Shown here: positions 9,001 through 18,009 of the stretch, in pieces
Layout: each line of letters begins with the position of its first letter
Numbering within the stretch: position 1 is the stretch's first letter
From: an uncultured virus (IMG/VR IMGVR_UViG_3300020122_000176)
Taxonomy: Duplodnaviria; Heunggongvirae; Uroviricota; Caudoviricetes
Reading direction: 5' to 3' (one strand)
Length of the DNA: 64,000 nt
IMG/VR virus record: IMGVR_UViG_3300020122_000176
Notes under the pieces: generated by a model
What the model was told of the DNA's origin: nothing
The model's input: only the letters and a program-made list of their open reading frames with translations
The model's database searches: none
Position numbers and translations under genes: made by a program

Positions 9001-9545
9001 TCCACCAGCGCGAGCTTGCCTTTACCCTTGAGCGCGGCCTTTGTGGCGCCGTCGATCGGCATGTTCTCCAGCTGGGCCTCGGCATAGCTTTCTTCGTACT
9101 GCCGTGCCGCGGGGCTGCCCTTCATCCACGGATGGTCCTTGTCGCGGCCGGCCTTGCCATCGGCAAAGCCCTTGACCTTGGCCTCTGCGACCGCGTCTTC
9201 GAACTTGGTTTGATGGACGTCGATCTGCACCGGCGCGCCGCCCTCCTGGAGCACCAGGCTTAGCTGCGTGATGTAGGATTTCTGCTTCAGCGCATCGCCA
9301 CTCATGAGCCGCATGCCGTCGCGCAGCGCCTTCACGTTGACGCCAGCCTCGTCAGCCACTTTGTAGGCGTGGCTCAGTTCCTTGTTCGCCTTGTCGGCCT
9401 TGGCCTTGGCGATGGCGATGACGGTCATGTGATGCTTCAGATCCCGGGGGGCGGGAATCAGCATCGCTTCGCCAGTCTCGGGATTGACGTCAGTGGCGTC
9501 GCGCTTGTTCTTTTTGCCTCGCCCCGTCTTTTTTCCTTTTGCCAT
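8997..9545 (-). CDS. GapR (DUF2312)-like DNA-binding protein with C-terminal extension
   Basis: AYKVADEAGVNVKALRDGMRL resembles the GapR core; basic N-terminus. Confidence 0.5.
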   Translation of the reverse strand: MAKGKKTGRGKKNKRDATDVNPETGEAMLIPAPRDLKHHMTVIAIAKAKADKANKELSHAYKVADEAGVNVKALRDGMRLMSGDALKQKSYITQLSLVLQEGGAPVQIDVHQTKFEDAVAEAKVKGFADGKAGRDKDHPWMKGSPAARQYEESYAEAQLENMPIDGATKAALKGKGKLALVE

Positions 9546-9813
9546 GTCGGACTCCATTTTTGGTTGATTTGGAGCCACCACGCACGCCAACGCGAACCGG
9601 CTTCACGGTGAACAAGGACATGTCCAGATTGTCGAAGATGTCGTTGGCCGTCACCGCGCCGTTCGTCCAGTTTCTGATCACGGAAATTACGTGCGCGCCG
9701 GGCCACTTCAGGCCACGTTCCAACTGGCTCAGATAGCCGCCTGTCAGCCCTGTCTGCTCGACAGCCGCCTCGAGGTTGATGCCCTGGGTTTCTCGCCACG
9801 CACGCAAATGCAT
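9490..9813 (-). CDS. Cro-like XRE HTH regulator
   Basis: LRAWR...GYLSQLERG..WP...TNGAVTANDIF; first gene of the leftward operon. Confidence 0.8.
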   Translation of the reverse strand: MHLRAWRETQGINLEAAVEQTGLTGGYLSQLERGLKWPGAHVISVIRNWTNGAVTANDIFDNLDMSLFTVKPVRVGVRGGSKSTKNGVRHGKRKKDGARQKEQARRH

Positions 9814-9818
9814 GGCGC

Positions 9819-9890
9819 TTTGTAGCCCGGGTGCTGGTTTTCCGCAAGAAAAGTCTTTTTTCTTGCAGGAAAGCCCAAAACGGCTAAACT
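9819..9890. promoter_or_regulatory. Back-to-back divergent promoters with two 15-bp operator-like sites
   Basis: Minus strand TTGCGG-17-TACAAA (leaderless cro); plus strand TTGCAG-16-TAAACT; inverted sites 9838-9852 and 9858-9872. Confidence 0.65.
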
Positions 9891-9919
9891 CTGGGTTGGT
9901 AGCAGAAGGACCGATTCGA

Positions 9920-10421
9920 ATGGCTTGGGACCAAGGGCCAGTCTATATGCCGCACAATCGCGCGCTCAGAAGCGTGGCCCGCATCTTCCCGATCTGGATG
10001 TGGATCGTGCTCACAGTCGGCGGCACCATCGCTGGCTGGTTTCTTATCCCCCTGTTTTTCGAGACGGTGCAGATGCTGGCGCACGCGATCGGCTGGGTGC
10101 TGGCGTGAACGACCGTGTCGCATTCTGTCTGCTCGCATGCGTGGGCTTTGGCACCCTCGCCATTCAGGGCTTCCTACTGCGCATGAGCATTCCGGTGACG
10201 ACGATTGCCGCTGCCGTCACTATTGCGCTTGCTGGCGCGGCATGGGCGTCGTGGGGCAAGCGATGAAGCGCGAGTTCTATATTTTGACGATGATCGCATT
10301 GGGCTGCTTCATGATGGCTGGTGGCATCCGTGCTCACGACGGCGAGGGCTGGACCAGCTTCGCCTTCGTGTTGCTTGGTCTGGCGCTGACGTGGAGCGCT
10401 TCGCGGCGGATGCCCAAATGA
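9920..10421 (+). CDS. Three tandem small membrane proteins (9920-10108, 10105-10266, 10263-10421)
   Basis: Hydrophobic 50-60 aa ORFs with GTGA/ATGA overlaps. Confidence 0.55.
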
Positions 10422-10825
10422 TACGCACGCCCACGCCCCGCGCGAAATTATACGCCTGGCACACGGCCGCGCTCACCGCCCAGCGCCGCAAGATCACGGG
10501 ACCGGCGATTCACGACGATGCGCAGCCAGGCTGGTTCAAGCGCAAGCTGGTGAAGGGCGGCCCATTCGTAGCCGTCGAAATCTGGATGGCGCAGCATGTC
10601 GAGGACGGCGAGTTGGTCGGGCCTGAGACGTTGCGCTGCGAGATCGATGGTGTCGCTGCAGATCCGCACGACCAGTGGACTTATGTGGCCGACAATCCCA
10701 TCAGCGAAGCCGAGTTTCGACACATGCGCGCGGACGCGCGCTGGGTCAAAGCGCACGCACCGAACGAACCGAATGCAAACCCGCGCGAGCCCATCGACTT
10801 GGTGCGCGCGCCGATACCGTTCTGA
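10418..10825 (+). CDS. Conserved alphaproteobacterial phage protein
   Basis: PGWFKRKLVKGGPFVAVEIW motif; ATGA overlap. Confidence 0.7.
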   Translation: MIRTPTPRAKLYAWHTAALTAQRRKITGPAIHDDAQPGWFKRKLVKGGPFVAVEIWMAQHVEDGELVGPETLRCEIDGVAADPHDQWTYVADNPISEAEFRHMRADARWVKAHAPNEPNANPREPIDLVRAPIPF

Positions 10826-10838
10826 AAGGACCAATGAC

Positions 10839-11804
10839 ATGACAGAAGACAGCGGCGGCTTTGGGCTAGCGACAGAAGCGCCGGGCATCGGCCACAACAT
10901 TCCACCGAACGAGTTCAAGCTTCCCACTTCAGACGTGTTGCGCGCGCTGCTACGCGAGCGCCATGCGGAACTGCTTAAGAAGGCCGTCGACCTCGTCGAC
11001 AGCGAGTCCCGCATCCCGCGCAACGAGAAGAACGAACTCGACTGCCCGGACGACGGCTGGGAGAAGAAGCTGTCGGACGTGGTGCGCCTCATCCAGGGCA
11101 CGGTGAAAGCGCTCGACACCGCGCGCACCGCCGAGAAACAGGTCTACGATGATCTGGCGGCGTCGATCCATGGCCTGTTCCGCGAGCGCATGGACGCTTT
11201 GGTCGATCCGAATGCGTCTCGATCACGGCCTGACGGCGCGCTCAAGGGCCGCATCGAACGCGCGCTGACCCGATACAAAGTTCGGAAAGAAGACGCCGCG
11301 CGCAAGGCCGCGCAAGAGGAAGCCGATCGTCAGCGCGCACTCGAGGAGCAAGCACGCCAGCGCCAGGCCGAGGCTGATGCAGAGGCTCAGCGTCTGGCTG
11401 AAGAGGCCGCGCGCAAACGCAAGCCAGAGACGAAAGCCGCCGCCGCTGAGGCTGCACAGGCCGCTGCGCAAGCTGCTGCCGAACTTGCCGCGAGAGCCAC
11501 GACTGCAAGCGAAGACCGCGCTAAGGCAGAGGAAGCTGCGAGCGCGCCAGCCGCCGATCTCACGCGCACGCGCGGCAGTCTCAGCATGTCGAGCCTGCGC
11601 GAGTTTCTGGACTTCCGCGACGTGGCGCACGCCAAGCTGCCGGCGATCACGCTGTGGGCATACGTGACAGCGGATGCAAAAGAGAAGGCGCTTCGTGCTT
11701 ACATGATGGCGAATTCGGATCCCATCAAAGCCGGGCTCAAGAACAACGTGCAGCCGCTGGCTGGTGTGACGTTTTTCATAAACCGCGGGACGAATGTCAG
11801 ATGA
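10839..11804 (+). CDS. Coiled-coil phage protein (Gam/Gp157-like by context)
   Basis: GIGHNIPP start, long Ala/Glu/Arg coiled coil, upstream of the putative SSAP. Confidence 0.6.
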   Translation: MTEDSGGFGLATEAPGIGHNIPPNEFKLPTSDVLRALLRERHAELLKKAVDLVDSESRIPRNEKNELDCPDDGWEKKLSDVVRLIQGTVKALDTARTAEKQVYDDLAASIHGLFRERMDALVDPNASRSRPDGALKGRIERALTRYKVRKEDAARKAAQEEADRQRALEEQARQRQAEADAEAQRLAEEAARKRKPETKAAAAEAAQAAAQAAAELAARATTASEDRAKAEEAASAPAADLTRTRGSLSMSSLREFLDFRDVAHAKLPAITLWAYVTADAKEKALRAYMMANSDPIKAGLKNNVQPLAGVTFFINRGTNVR

Positions 11805-11998
11805 GCGAAGTGGTACTCTACGCGCTGACGCTGCGCACGAATTCGCCGCCCGACTACGGCGATCTCGTCGAATACCGGAATAAGCGTGGCGAGCGCTTTG
11901 CTGGCCGCGTGGTGTCCATCCTGACGCCGCATGACAGCCCTGGCACATACCAAGTGATAATGACTCCGACCGATCCAACCGAAGGAACCAAGACATGA
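11801..11998 (+). CDS. Hypothetical protein
   Basis: ATGA overlaps on both sides. Confidence 0.5.
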   Translation: MSEVVLYALTLRTNSPPDYGDLVEYRNKRGERFAGRVVSILTPHDSPGTYQVIMTPTDPTEGTKT

Positions 11999-13350
11999 GT
12001 GAACACGAGATTGCCAACCGCAACGCCGAGATCGACGAGGCCTACGGCGTAAACGACCACGACCGCGTGCCAGCGCTGAAGCCAGCGGGCCCGCAAATGG
12101 TGATGATAGACGACAAGCCGCAAGGCGCGCTCAGCGTGGCGGTGAAGCGCGATGTCGCCACCATCTACGTGAACATCAAGAAGACCGCGGCCGCAGCTGG
12201 CGATGAGTTCTTCTATCGCTGGCCGGTGAAGAACAAGGACGGCTCGACCGACTGGATCGAAGGCCCGAGCGTGAAGCTGACAAACGCCATCGCGCGCATC
12301 TACGGTAACTGCAGCCTTAAGGTGCGCGCTCTCGATCAGACGACACACTGGATGATCCAGGCACAGTTCATCGATCTTGAGACTGGCTATGTCCTCGAAC
12401 GCCCGTTCCAGCAGCGCAAGGGCCAGAACATCGGCGGCAAGATGGACAAGGACCGCGCGCTCGACATCGTGTTCCAGATCGGCGTGAGCAAGGCCACGCG
12501 CAATGTGGTCAGCAATGCGCTCGCTGAGTTCGTCGACTACGCTTTCAACGAAGCCAAGGGCGCCATCGTCAAGCGCGTGTCTGGCGATCTGGAAGGCTAT
12601 CGCAATCGCGTGATCGCGCGGCTGGGCGAACACAAGGTCGAGCTTAGCCGCGTCGAGCGCCAGATCGGCCGGCCCGTGAAGCAATGGCTGGCGCCCGACA
12701 TCGCCAGACTGATCGCGGAGATACAGTCGATCAACGATGGCATGGCCGATGCGGACGAGATGTGGCCGCATCCACAGCCGGATGGCCCGCGTCCGAAGAT
12801 CGAAGACTTCGAGAATCCAGACCGGCAGGTCAACGAAGATACGCCGAACGCCAAGCCAGCTGCAGAGCCTCAGACCAATGGCGCGACGGATGGACCTAAA
12901 GCTGATGCGGACGAGCATGCCGAGTTCGTCGGCAAAGCCATTGCGGCCGCGGCCACCGCCGACGCCGAGGGCTTAGAAATGCTCGACGACAACGTGTCGA
13001 CGCGGGTGGACGCTGCAGGTCGTGAAGACCTGCGCCGCAAGTGGAACGACGAAGGCTATCTGCCGCGCAAGAATGCGCTGCGCGTGGCGAAGAACCAGCC
13101 GAAGGAAACCGTCCAGCCCAAGCCAGAGCCGCAGAAACAAACGGCGGCGCCAGTCAGCACGGTCGACGAGCTTGCAGATTTTTATCGCGACAAAATTCGC
13201 GAACTTGCGAAGACCAAGGACCTCCCGGCGCTCGATGATCTGCAGGATCGCGTGGCGGCCGAGCTTGTGGGCAATACACAGCTGACAGACCAATGGAAGA
13301 ACGCCTGCAATGCCCGCGCGCGCGAGATCATGGGGAGCAAGCGCCGTTGA
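11995..13350 (+). CDS. Putative single-strand annealing/recombination protein
   Basis: IEGPSVKLTNAIARIYGN conserved phage motif, acidic linker, two C-terminal helical repeats. Confidence 0.55.
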   Translation: MSEHEIANRNAEIDEAYGVNDHDRVPALKPAGPQMVMIDDKPQGALSVAVKRDVATIYVNIKKTAAAAGDEFFYRWPVKNKDGSTDWIEGPSVKLTNAIARIYGNCSLKVRALDQTTHWMIQAQFIDLETGYVLERPFQQRKGQNIGGKMDKDRALDIVFQIGVSKATRNVVSNALAEFVDYAFNEAKGAIVKRVSGDLEGYRNRVIARLGEHKVELSRVERQIGRPVKQWLAPDIARLIAEIQSINDGMADADEMWPHPQPDGPRPKIEDFENPDRQVNEDTPNAKPAAEPQTNGATDGPKADADEHAEFVGKAIAAAATADAEGLEMLDDNVSTRVDAAGREDLRRKWNDEGYLPRKNALRVAKNQPKETVQPKPEPQKQTAAPVSTVDELADFYRDKIRELAKTKDLPALDDLQDRVAAELVGNTQLTDQWKNACNARAREIMGSKRR

Positions 13351-13700
13351 GCAGGGAGACTGTGAGGGAGACACTGGCGCGCAACGACATTTACGGGTCG
13401 CTGCACAGAGAGTCGTTCTATGAGGATGACGCGCTAAGCGACGTCATCGCGTGGCTCAGCGGCCTTCTGGCAGAGGTTCCCGAAAACCTTCGCGGCACTG
13501 CCAAGGTCAATGTCGAAAGCGTGGGTGGCTACGAAGGCGAGCATCACGCGGAAATCCATGTTTACTATGATCGCCCCGAAACAGATGAGGAGATGGACGC
13601 CCGCATTTTTCGGGAGGGCCGGGAGAAGGCTGCAAGTGAGTTACACGAGCGGCGCCTTCTTGAAGCGCTGAAACGGAAATATGAAAAGGGCCCCAGCTAA
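13347..13700 (+). CDS. Hypothetical protein
   Basis: TTGA overlap; DRPETDEEMDAR motif. Confidence 0.6.
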   Translation: MSRETVRETLARNDIYGSLHRESFYEDDALSDVIAWLSGLLAEVPENLRGTAKVNVESVGGYEGEHHAEIHVYYDRPETDEEMDARIFREGREKAASELHERRLLEALKRKYEKGPS

Positions 13701-13945
13701 TGCGGGGCGCTAACCCCAAGGCCGTCAGCGACATCGACCGAGCAATCGGGCGGGCCATCCAGGCCGCCCGGGCCCGGCGTGGCATGACCCAAGGCGATCT
13801 CGGCGCGAAGGTCGGCGTCAGCCATGCGCAGATCGACAAGTACGAGCGGGGCATGAACCGGATCAGCGCCGGAAAGCTCTGCGAGGTGGCGGCATGGCTG
13901 AATGTCCGGCCGAGCAGCCTGCTTCCCAGCGTGACCGTCTACTGA
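13700..13945 (+). CDS. XRE-family HTH regulator
   Basis: IGRAIQAAR..RGMTQGDLG.KVGVSHAQIDKYERGMNRIS. Confidence 0.9.
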   Translation: MRGANPKAVSDIDRAIGRAIQAARARRGMTQGDLGAKVGVSHAQIDKYERGMNRISAGKLCEVAAWLNVRPSSLLPSVTVY

Positions 13946-13958
13946 AGGAGAAAGACGC

Positions 13959-14240
13959 ATGACAGACCGCATCACGGCAATCGAATTGAAATACGAACTC
14001 GGGGTCGGCCAGAAGGTCCGCATCGCCAGCGGCAGCGTGCCGGTGTCGTTCCTCAACCGGGCGGGCGCACCGACCGTCTATCTTCTCGGACCGAGCGGGC
14101 CCGAGTTCGAGGACTACAATTTCACGCTCGTGGCCGGCGCGAATGCCACGCCAGGGCAGGGCAAGTTCATCGGCACCGCCGAGTTCCGTGGCGGCCAAGC
14201 GGTGCTGCACGCCTTCTTCGCCAAGCCAAGGGCGAAGTGA
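13959..14240 (+). CDS. Hypothetical phage protein
   Basis: AAGGAG RBS; FIGT...VLHAF C-terminus. Confidence 0.65.
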   Translation: MTDRITAIELKYELGVGQKVRIASGSVPVSFLNRAGAPTVYLLGPSGPEFEDYNFTLVAGANATPGQGKFIGTAEFRGGQAVLHAFFAKPRAK

Positions 14241-14241
14241 G

Positions 14242-14442
14242 ATGCGGCTCGGGCGCGTGATGGAGGCGTGGCGCTACGAAACCCGCATGAGCGTGCGCGA
14301 GGCCGCCAAGATGATCGGCGTCAGCCACCAGACGCTGCATCGCTTCGAACGCGGTCACGGAGTCGACGCCGACTTCATGGCGACGGTGCTGACGTGGCTC
14401 ATGAGCAACCGGCGCATACGCAAACAAAAGGCAGCACGATGA
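14242..14442 (+). CDS. XRE-family HTH protein
   Basis: SVREAAKMIGVSHQTLHRFERG. Confidence 0.85.
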   Translation: MRLGRVMEAWRYETRMSVREAAKMIGVSHQTLHRFERGHGVDADFMATVLTWLMSNRRIRKQKAAR

Positions 14443-14618
14443 TGGCGAAGGATATCTTCCTGGGCACACTGGGCGCATTTATCGGTGTCATACTCGTCGC
14501 GATCGTCGGCTCGCGGACCGACCCCGACCAAGAGCATAGCGTGGGCTGGACCATCTTGCTCGTCTTGGCCGCAATCATCGGCGCGAGCGGGCTGATCTGG
14601 CTTGGGCAGGTGCTCTGA
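14439..14618 (+). CDS. Small membrane protein
   Basis: Two hydrophobic helices; overlapping start and stop codons. Confidence 0.55.
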   Translation: MMAKDIFLGTLGAFIGVILVAIVGSRTDPDQEHSVGWTILLVLAAIIGASGLIWLGQVL

Positions 14619-14854
14619 TGTCCAGCATCGATGAACGCCTCCTCGCGGTGATCGATAATGAGACCGGCTGGCAGGGGAAGCCCATCTGTCTCGACACCAC
14701 GCTTGACGATCTTGAGATCGATAGCCTCGGGAAATTCGAGATCGCTATCGCCATCGAAGATGAATTTGGCGTCTGGCTCGACGATGACAAAATTCAGGCG
14801 CTGGAAACCGTCCAAGACATTCTCGACTTGCCGAAAGATGCTGGTGCGAAGTGA
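14618..14854 (+). CDS. Acyl carrier protein-like (phosphopantetheine-binding)
   Basis: 78 aa, acidic; DLEIDSLGKFEIAIAIEDEFGV..DD....LETVQDI with intact DSL serine. Confidence 0.88.
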   Translation: MSSIDERLLAVIDNETGWQGKPICLDTTLDDLEIDSLGKFEIAIAIEDEFGVWLDDDKIQALETVQDILDLPKDAGAK

Positions 14855-16614
14855 AGACGATCTTCGGCATCAAGGGCTTTGCGCTCACCGAATATGCGAT
14901 CAGCGCCAACGCGGTTCTAGGCATCCGCGACAGCGGAAAGACCTACACAGCGACCGCTGCCGCCGAGCAGCTGTTCGATGCCGGGATCCCGTTCGTTGCG
15001 CTTGATCCTATCGGCGTGTGGCGCTGGATGCGTGTGCCTGGCCACGGCCGGGGCTACCCCGTCGTCGTCGCCGGTGGCCGTGCCGGCGATTTGCCCCTCA
15101 CAACAAAGAACGCGGGTGCCATACTCAGGGCGGCCATGGAATCAGGCGTCAGCCTCGTGATCGATCTGTTCACGATGGACCTGTCGAAAAGCGACTGGCG
15201 CAAGATCGTTCGGGAGTGCGTCGAGATTTTGCTGCATGAGAATGCCGACTTCGGATTGCGCCATGTCTTTATCGAAGAGGCCGCCGAGTTCGTGCCGCAG
15301 CGCCCGATGGACATGCTGGTGTACAGCGCCGTCGAGAAGCTCGTGCGCATGGGCGGCAACAGCAAGCTCGGCTGCACACTGATTAATCAACGCAGCGCCG
15401 ATCTCAACAAGTCCGTCCTCGAGCTTTGCGCCAATGTCTTCGTCCACCGGCAGAAGGGCAAGAACACGCTGCTCGACCTGAAAAAATGGTTCACGCTGCT
15501 CGACCTGTCCGATGCCGAGGAAAAGCGCATCGCGGAGAGCCTGCCGAACCTGAAGTCTGGCGAGTGCTGGGCGCTGCTCAACGATGTCGCCAAGCCGGTG
15601 CTGCTGAAAGTGCCGGCCAAGAACTCGCTCCACCCGGACCGCCGTGCCGCCACAGCCACGCCCGCCGAGATCGCAAAGCGCCAACCAGTGCCGGCCGACA
15701 AGTTCGTGGCGGCGATGAAGGTCAAGCTGGCCGAAAAAGCGCCCGCGCCCAAAGCCCCAGCGATTCGGTCGGATAAAGTTCCGGCGTTCCCTGCTGGAGG
15801 CGGTTCGGACAAGGACTTTTTCGCCCATCTGCGCAAGACCCGCGAGACGGCCGTTGAGGAAACCCGTCAGGCCGCTCTAGGACGCGTTGCCGAGGCCAGG
15901 GAAGCCGCCCGCAGCGCGATCGATTCCGTGGCGGCCCAGATCGCTTCCGACCTGTGTAGGGCACTGCTGCCCCGTTTTGACGCCTTGGAGAAGCAGATCA
16001 GGGGCGAGCGCGTGAAACCGCTCACGGCTGCAGATCTTCGGACCGAGGCGACTAAGCCGGGAGTCGTTACCAACGCCAGCCACGCAGTCGAGATCACGCT
16101 GAAACCCCTTGGCCAGCGAGCACAGGCAAGCCGTGGCGGCGACGAATCACTCTCTGGCTCACAGCGCCAACTGCTCGGCGCCTTGGCCTGGTGGGCTAGA
16201 ATGGGCCACGACGCCCCTAGTCGACCGCAGATCGCGGCCATCGCTGGCTGGAAGATCACCGGTGGACACCTCGGCAACGTCATCGGCAGCCTCAAGACAG
16301 CCGGGCTGGTCGACTACCCGAATCAGGGATCCGTCGCGCTTACGAGCGCTGGCACGGTCGCGGCGCCCGAGCCGGATGCGTCGCTCACCCTCCACGACGG
16401 TATTCGCGGCGTGCTGTCCGGATCCCAGCGCCAGATTTTCGAGTGCCTGCTGGCGAACGGCTACGCGTTGTCACGTGAGCAGATTGCGGATGCCTGTGGC
16501 TGGGACTCTGGCGGCGGACATCTTGGCAACGTGATCGGCTCGCTACGCACCCTTGAGATCGTCACTTACCCATCAAGGGGCCAAGTCGAGCTTCAAAACT
16601 GGGTGACAGAGTGA
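14851..16614 (+). CDS. HerA/FtsK-superfamily ATPase with two C-terminal winged-helix repeats
   Basis: GIRDSGKT, ALDPIG, FIEEAAEFVPQ, INQRSA; duplicated LSGSQRQ...GGHLGNVIGSL. Confidence 0.85.
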   Translation: MKTIFGIKGFALTEYAISANAVLGIRDSGKTYTATAAAEQLFDAGIPFVALDPIGVWRWMRVPGHGRGYPVVVAGGRAGDLPLTTKNAGAILRAAMESGVSLVIDLFTMDLSKSDWRKIVRECVEILLHENADFGLRHVFIEEAAEFVPQRPMDMLVYSAVEKLVRMGGNSKLGCTLINQRSADLNKSVLELCANVFVHRQKGKNTLLDLKKWFTLLDLSDAEEKRIAESLPNLKSGECWALLNDVAKPVLLKVPAKNSLHPDRRAATATPAEIAKRQPVPADKFVAAMKVKLAEKAPAPKAPAIRSDKVPAFPAGGGSDKDFFAHLRKTRETAVEETRQAALGRVAEAREAARSAIDSVAAQIASDLCRALLPRFDALEKQIRGERVKPLTAADLRTEATKPGVVTNASHAVEITLKPLGQRAQASRGGDESLSGSQRQLLGALAWWARMGHDAPSRPQIAAIAGWKITGGHLGNVIGSLKTAGLVDYPNQGSVALTSAGTVAAPEPDASLTLHDGIRGVLSGSQRQIFECLLANGYALSREQIADACGWDSGGGHLGNVIGSLRTLEIVTYPSRGQVELQNWVTE

Positions 16615-16776
16615 ACAGAAAAAACCACTACGCCGACATGCACGCGCTGGCCACCGCTTTGCGCGCCAAGATACGGCGCAGAAAGAAATTGGGTTATGAT
16701 CGGGTCCAACTACGCAACGATGAACTCTTGGCGATCCTCGAGCATCTGCCGGTTCATCACAAAGGAACCGACGACG

Positions 16777-16983
16777 ATGGCATTCGACCACACCGGGCGA
16801 GTCAAGTTCTACAACGAACGAAAAAGATTCGGCTTCGTCCGCTTGGACAGCGGCGATGACGCGTTCTTCCACAAGGGTGCATGCAGCCGCAACGTGACGC
16901 CGAAGAAGGATGATCGCGTGCGCTGCGAGATCGACCCGACCAATGCGCAAGGCCCAAAAGTGCTCAGGATGATGTTCGAATAG
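16777..16983 (+). CDS. Cold-shock domain protein
   Basis: GRVKFYNERKRFGFV (RNP1), DAFFH (RNP2); AAAGGA RBS. Confidence 0.9.
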   Translation: MAFDHTGRVKFYNERKRFGFVRLDSGDDAFFHKGACSRNVTPKKDDRVRCEIDPTNAQGPKVLRMMFE

Positions 16984-16987
16984 GCAT

Positions 16988-17221
16988 CTACCGATCGATG
17001 CCGGCAGCGGCGATTGCCTTCAGCCGCTCAATATATTTGTCAGCTGGCTCCCAGTAGCCGGTTCGGCTAAGCGGTCGCGACACGGAGATTGTCAGAAGCA
17101 TCAACCTCATGCGCCGCGCTTCTTCGACAAGAACAGGCGCATCCAGCGCAATGCCAGCGCCAGCGTCTTTCGCGTCCGCCAGAATGCGTTCGCATAGGTT
17201 GGTGAAACGGTCGGCGTTCAC
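16988..17221 (-). CDS. Hypothetical protein
   Basis: GTGA overlap with upstream ORF. Confidence 0.5.
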   Translation of the reverse strand: MNADRFTNLCERILADAKDAGAGIALDAPVLVEEARRMRLMLLTISVSRPLSRTGYWEPADKYIERLKAIAAAGIDR

Positions 17222-17556
17222 CGCCGCCCTACCTTAGTCGTGGCGATTGCTTCGAACACTTGCCGTTGGCACTCATCGTAATTCAACACCTCAGCCAACT
17301 CACCCGCAGTGAATTCGGAAAGCCGCACGTCTCTCCAGTCGCGAGCCGTGGGCTGCGGCGCTGCTAACATTGGCAAGAGTTGCCGAATGTGTGTCGCCGA
17401 AGTGTGAAAGCCGTTTGCGTCTAGGAGCCGAACCACTTCCCCAAGCGTCTCGGCACGCGCTTTGATCAGCTCGGCCTGATGCACCTCATCGACGACATAT
17501 CCCGAACCGTGACAAGTCGGGCAGCGCACCGGATCAATTTTGGCTTGGTCGGACAT
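17218..17556 (-). CDS. Hypothetical protein with CxxCxGxG motif
   Basis: CPTCHGSG. Confidence 0.55.
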   Translation of the reverse strand: MSDQAKIDPVRCPTCHGSGYVVDEVHQAELIKARAETLGEVVRLLDANGFHTSATHIRQLLPMLAAPQPTARDWRDVRLSEFTAGELAEVLNYDECQRQVFEAIATTKVGRR

Positions 17557-17562
17557 GAGGCC

Positions 17563-17739
17563 TTAGCCGTTTGCGGGAATGCACACTGCTTCCACCGTAT
17601 TACCAAAGCGGTTGGCCTGCTTCATGCACTGATCGTATCGGTAGTAACGACCAACAATGGTTGGGAAAGTAAGACTGTCAGTGGGGTTCCTACCGGTGCC
17701 GCTATGAGTGAAAATCAGAAGAATAAAAATCAGGTGCAT
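17563..17739 (-). CDS. Small exported-type protein (58 aa)
   Basis: Manual translation MHLIFILLIF...QC...AVCIP; AGGAG RBS. Confidence 0.45.
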   Translation of the reverse strand: MHLIFILLIFTHSGTGRNPTDSLTFPTIVGRYYRYDQCMKQANRFGNTVEAVCIPANG

Positions 17740-17839
17740 TTTCCGGCGTCTCCTGATCGAATCGGTTCAAGCGCCCCGGTTCTTCCACCGTCCGGGGCCA
17801 CGCGGGTGAAGCGCCGCTAGGACTCACTAGCGCGTGGAG

Positions 17840-18001
17840 CTAGTCGCCGCTTGCATCAGCGGCCATTTTCCATCCGTCTTCTACTCCTCGCTCATACCCA
17901 ATTTGAGCGCATTGCAGAAGAAGAAAATTCAAGTCTTTTTGATCCTCAACATCGGCGAGAAATGCTTCTGGTAGCAGCGCCCTGAGTTCTTCATCAGTCA
18001 T
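17840..18001 (-). CDS. Hypothetical protein
   Basis: GAGG RBS before MTDEELRALL. Confidence 0.5.
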   Translation of the reverse strand: MTDEELRALLPEAFLADVEDQKDLNFLLLQCAQIGYERGVEDGWKMAADASGD

Positions 18002-18009
18002 TTCTGGCC

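Noticed and set aside
17745..17838. Hairpins (CCCCGG..CCGGGG; CGCTAG..CTAGCG) with GGTTCAA as a possible tRNA or attP
   Set aside because: No cloverleaf or CCA end could be built and no second att copy was seen
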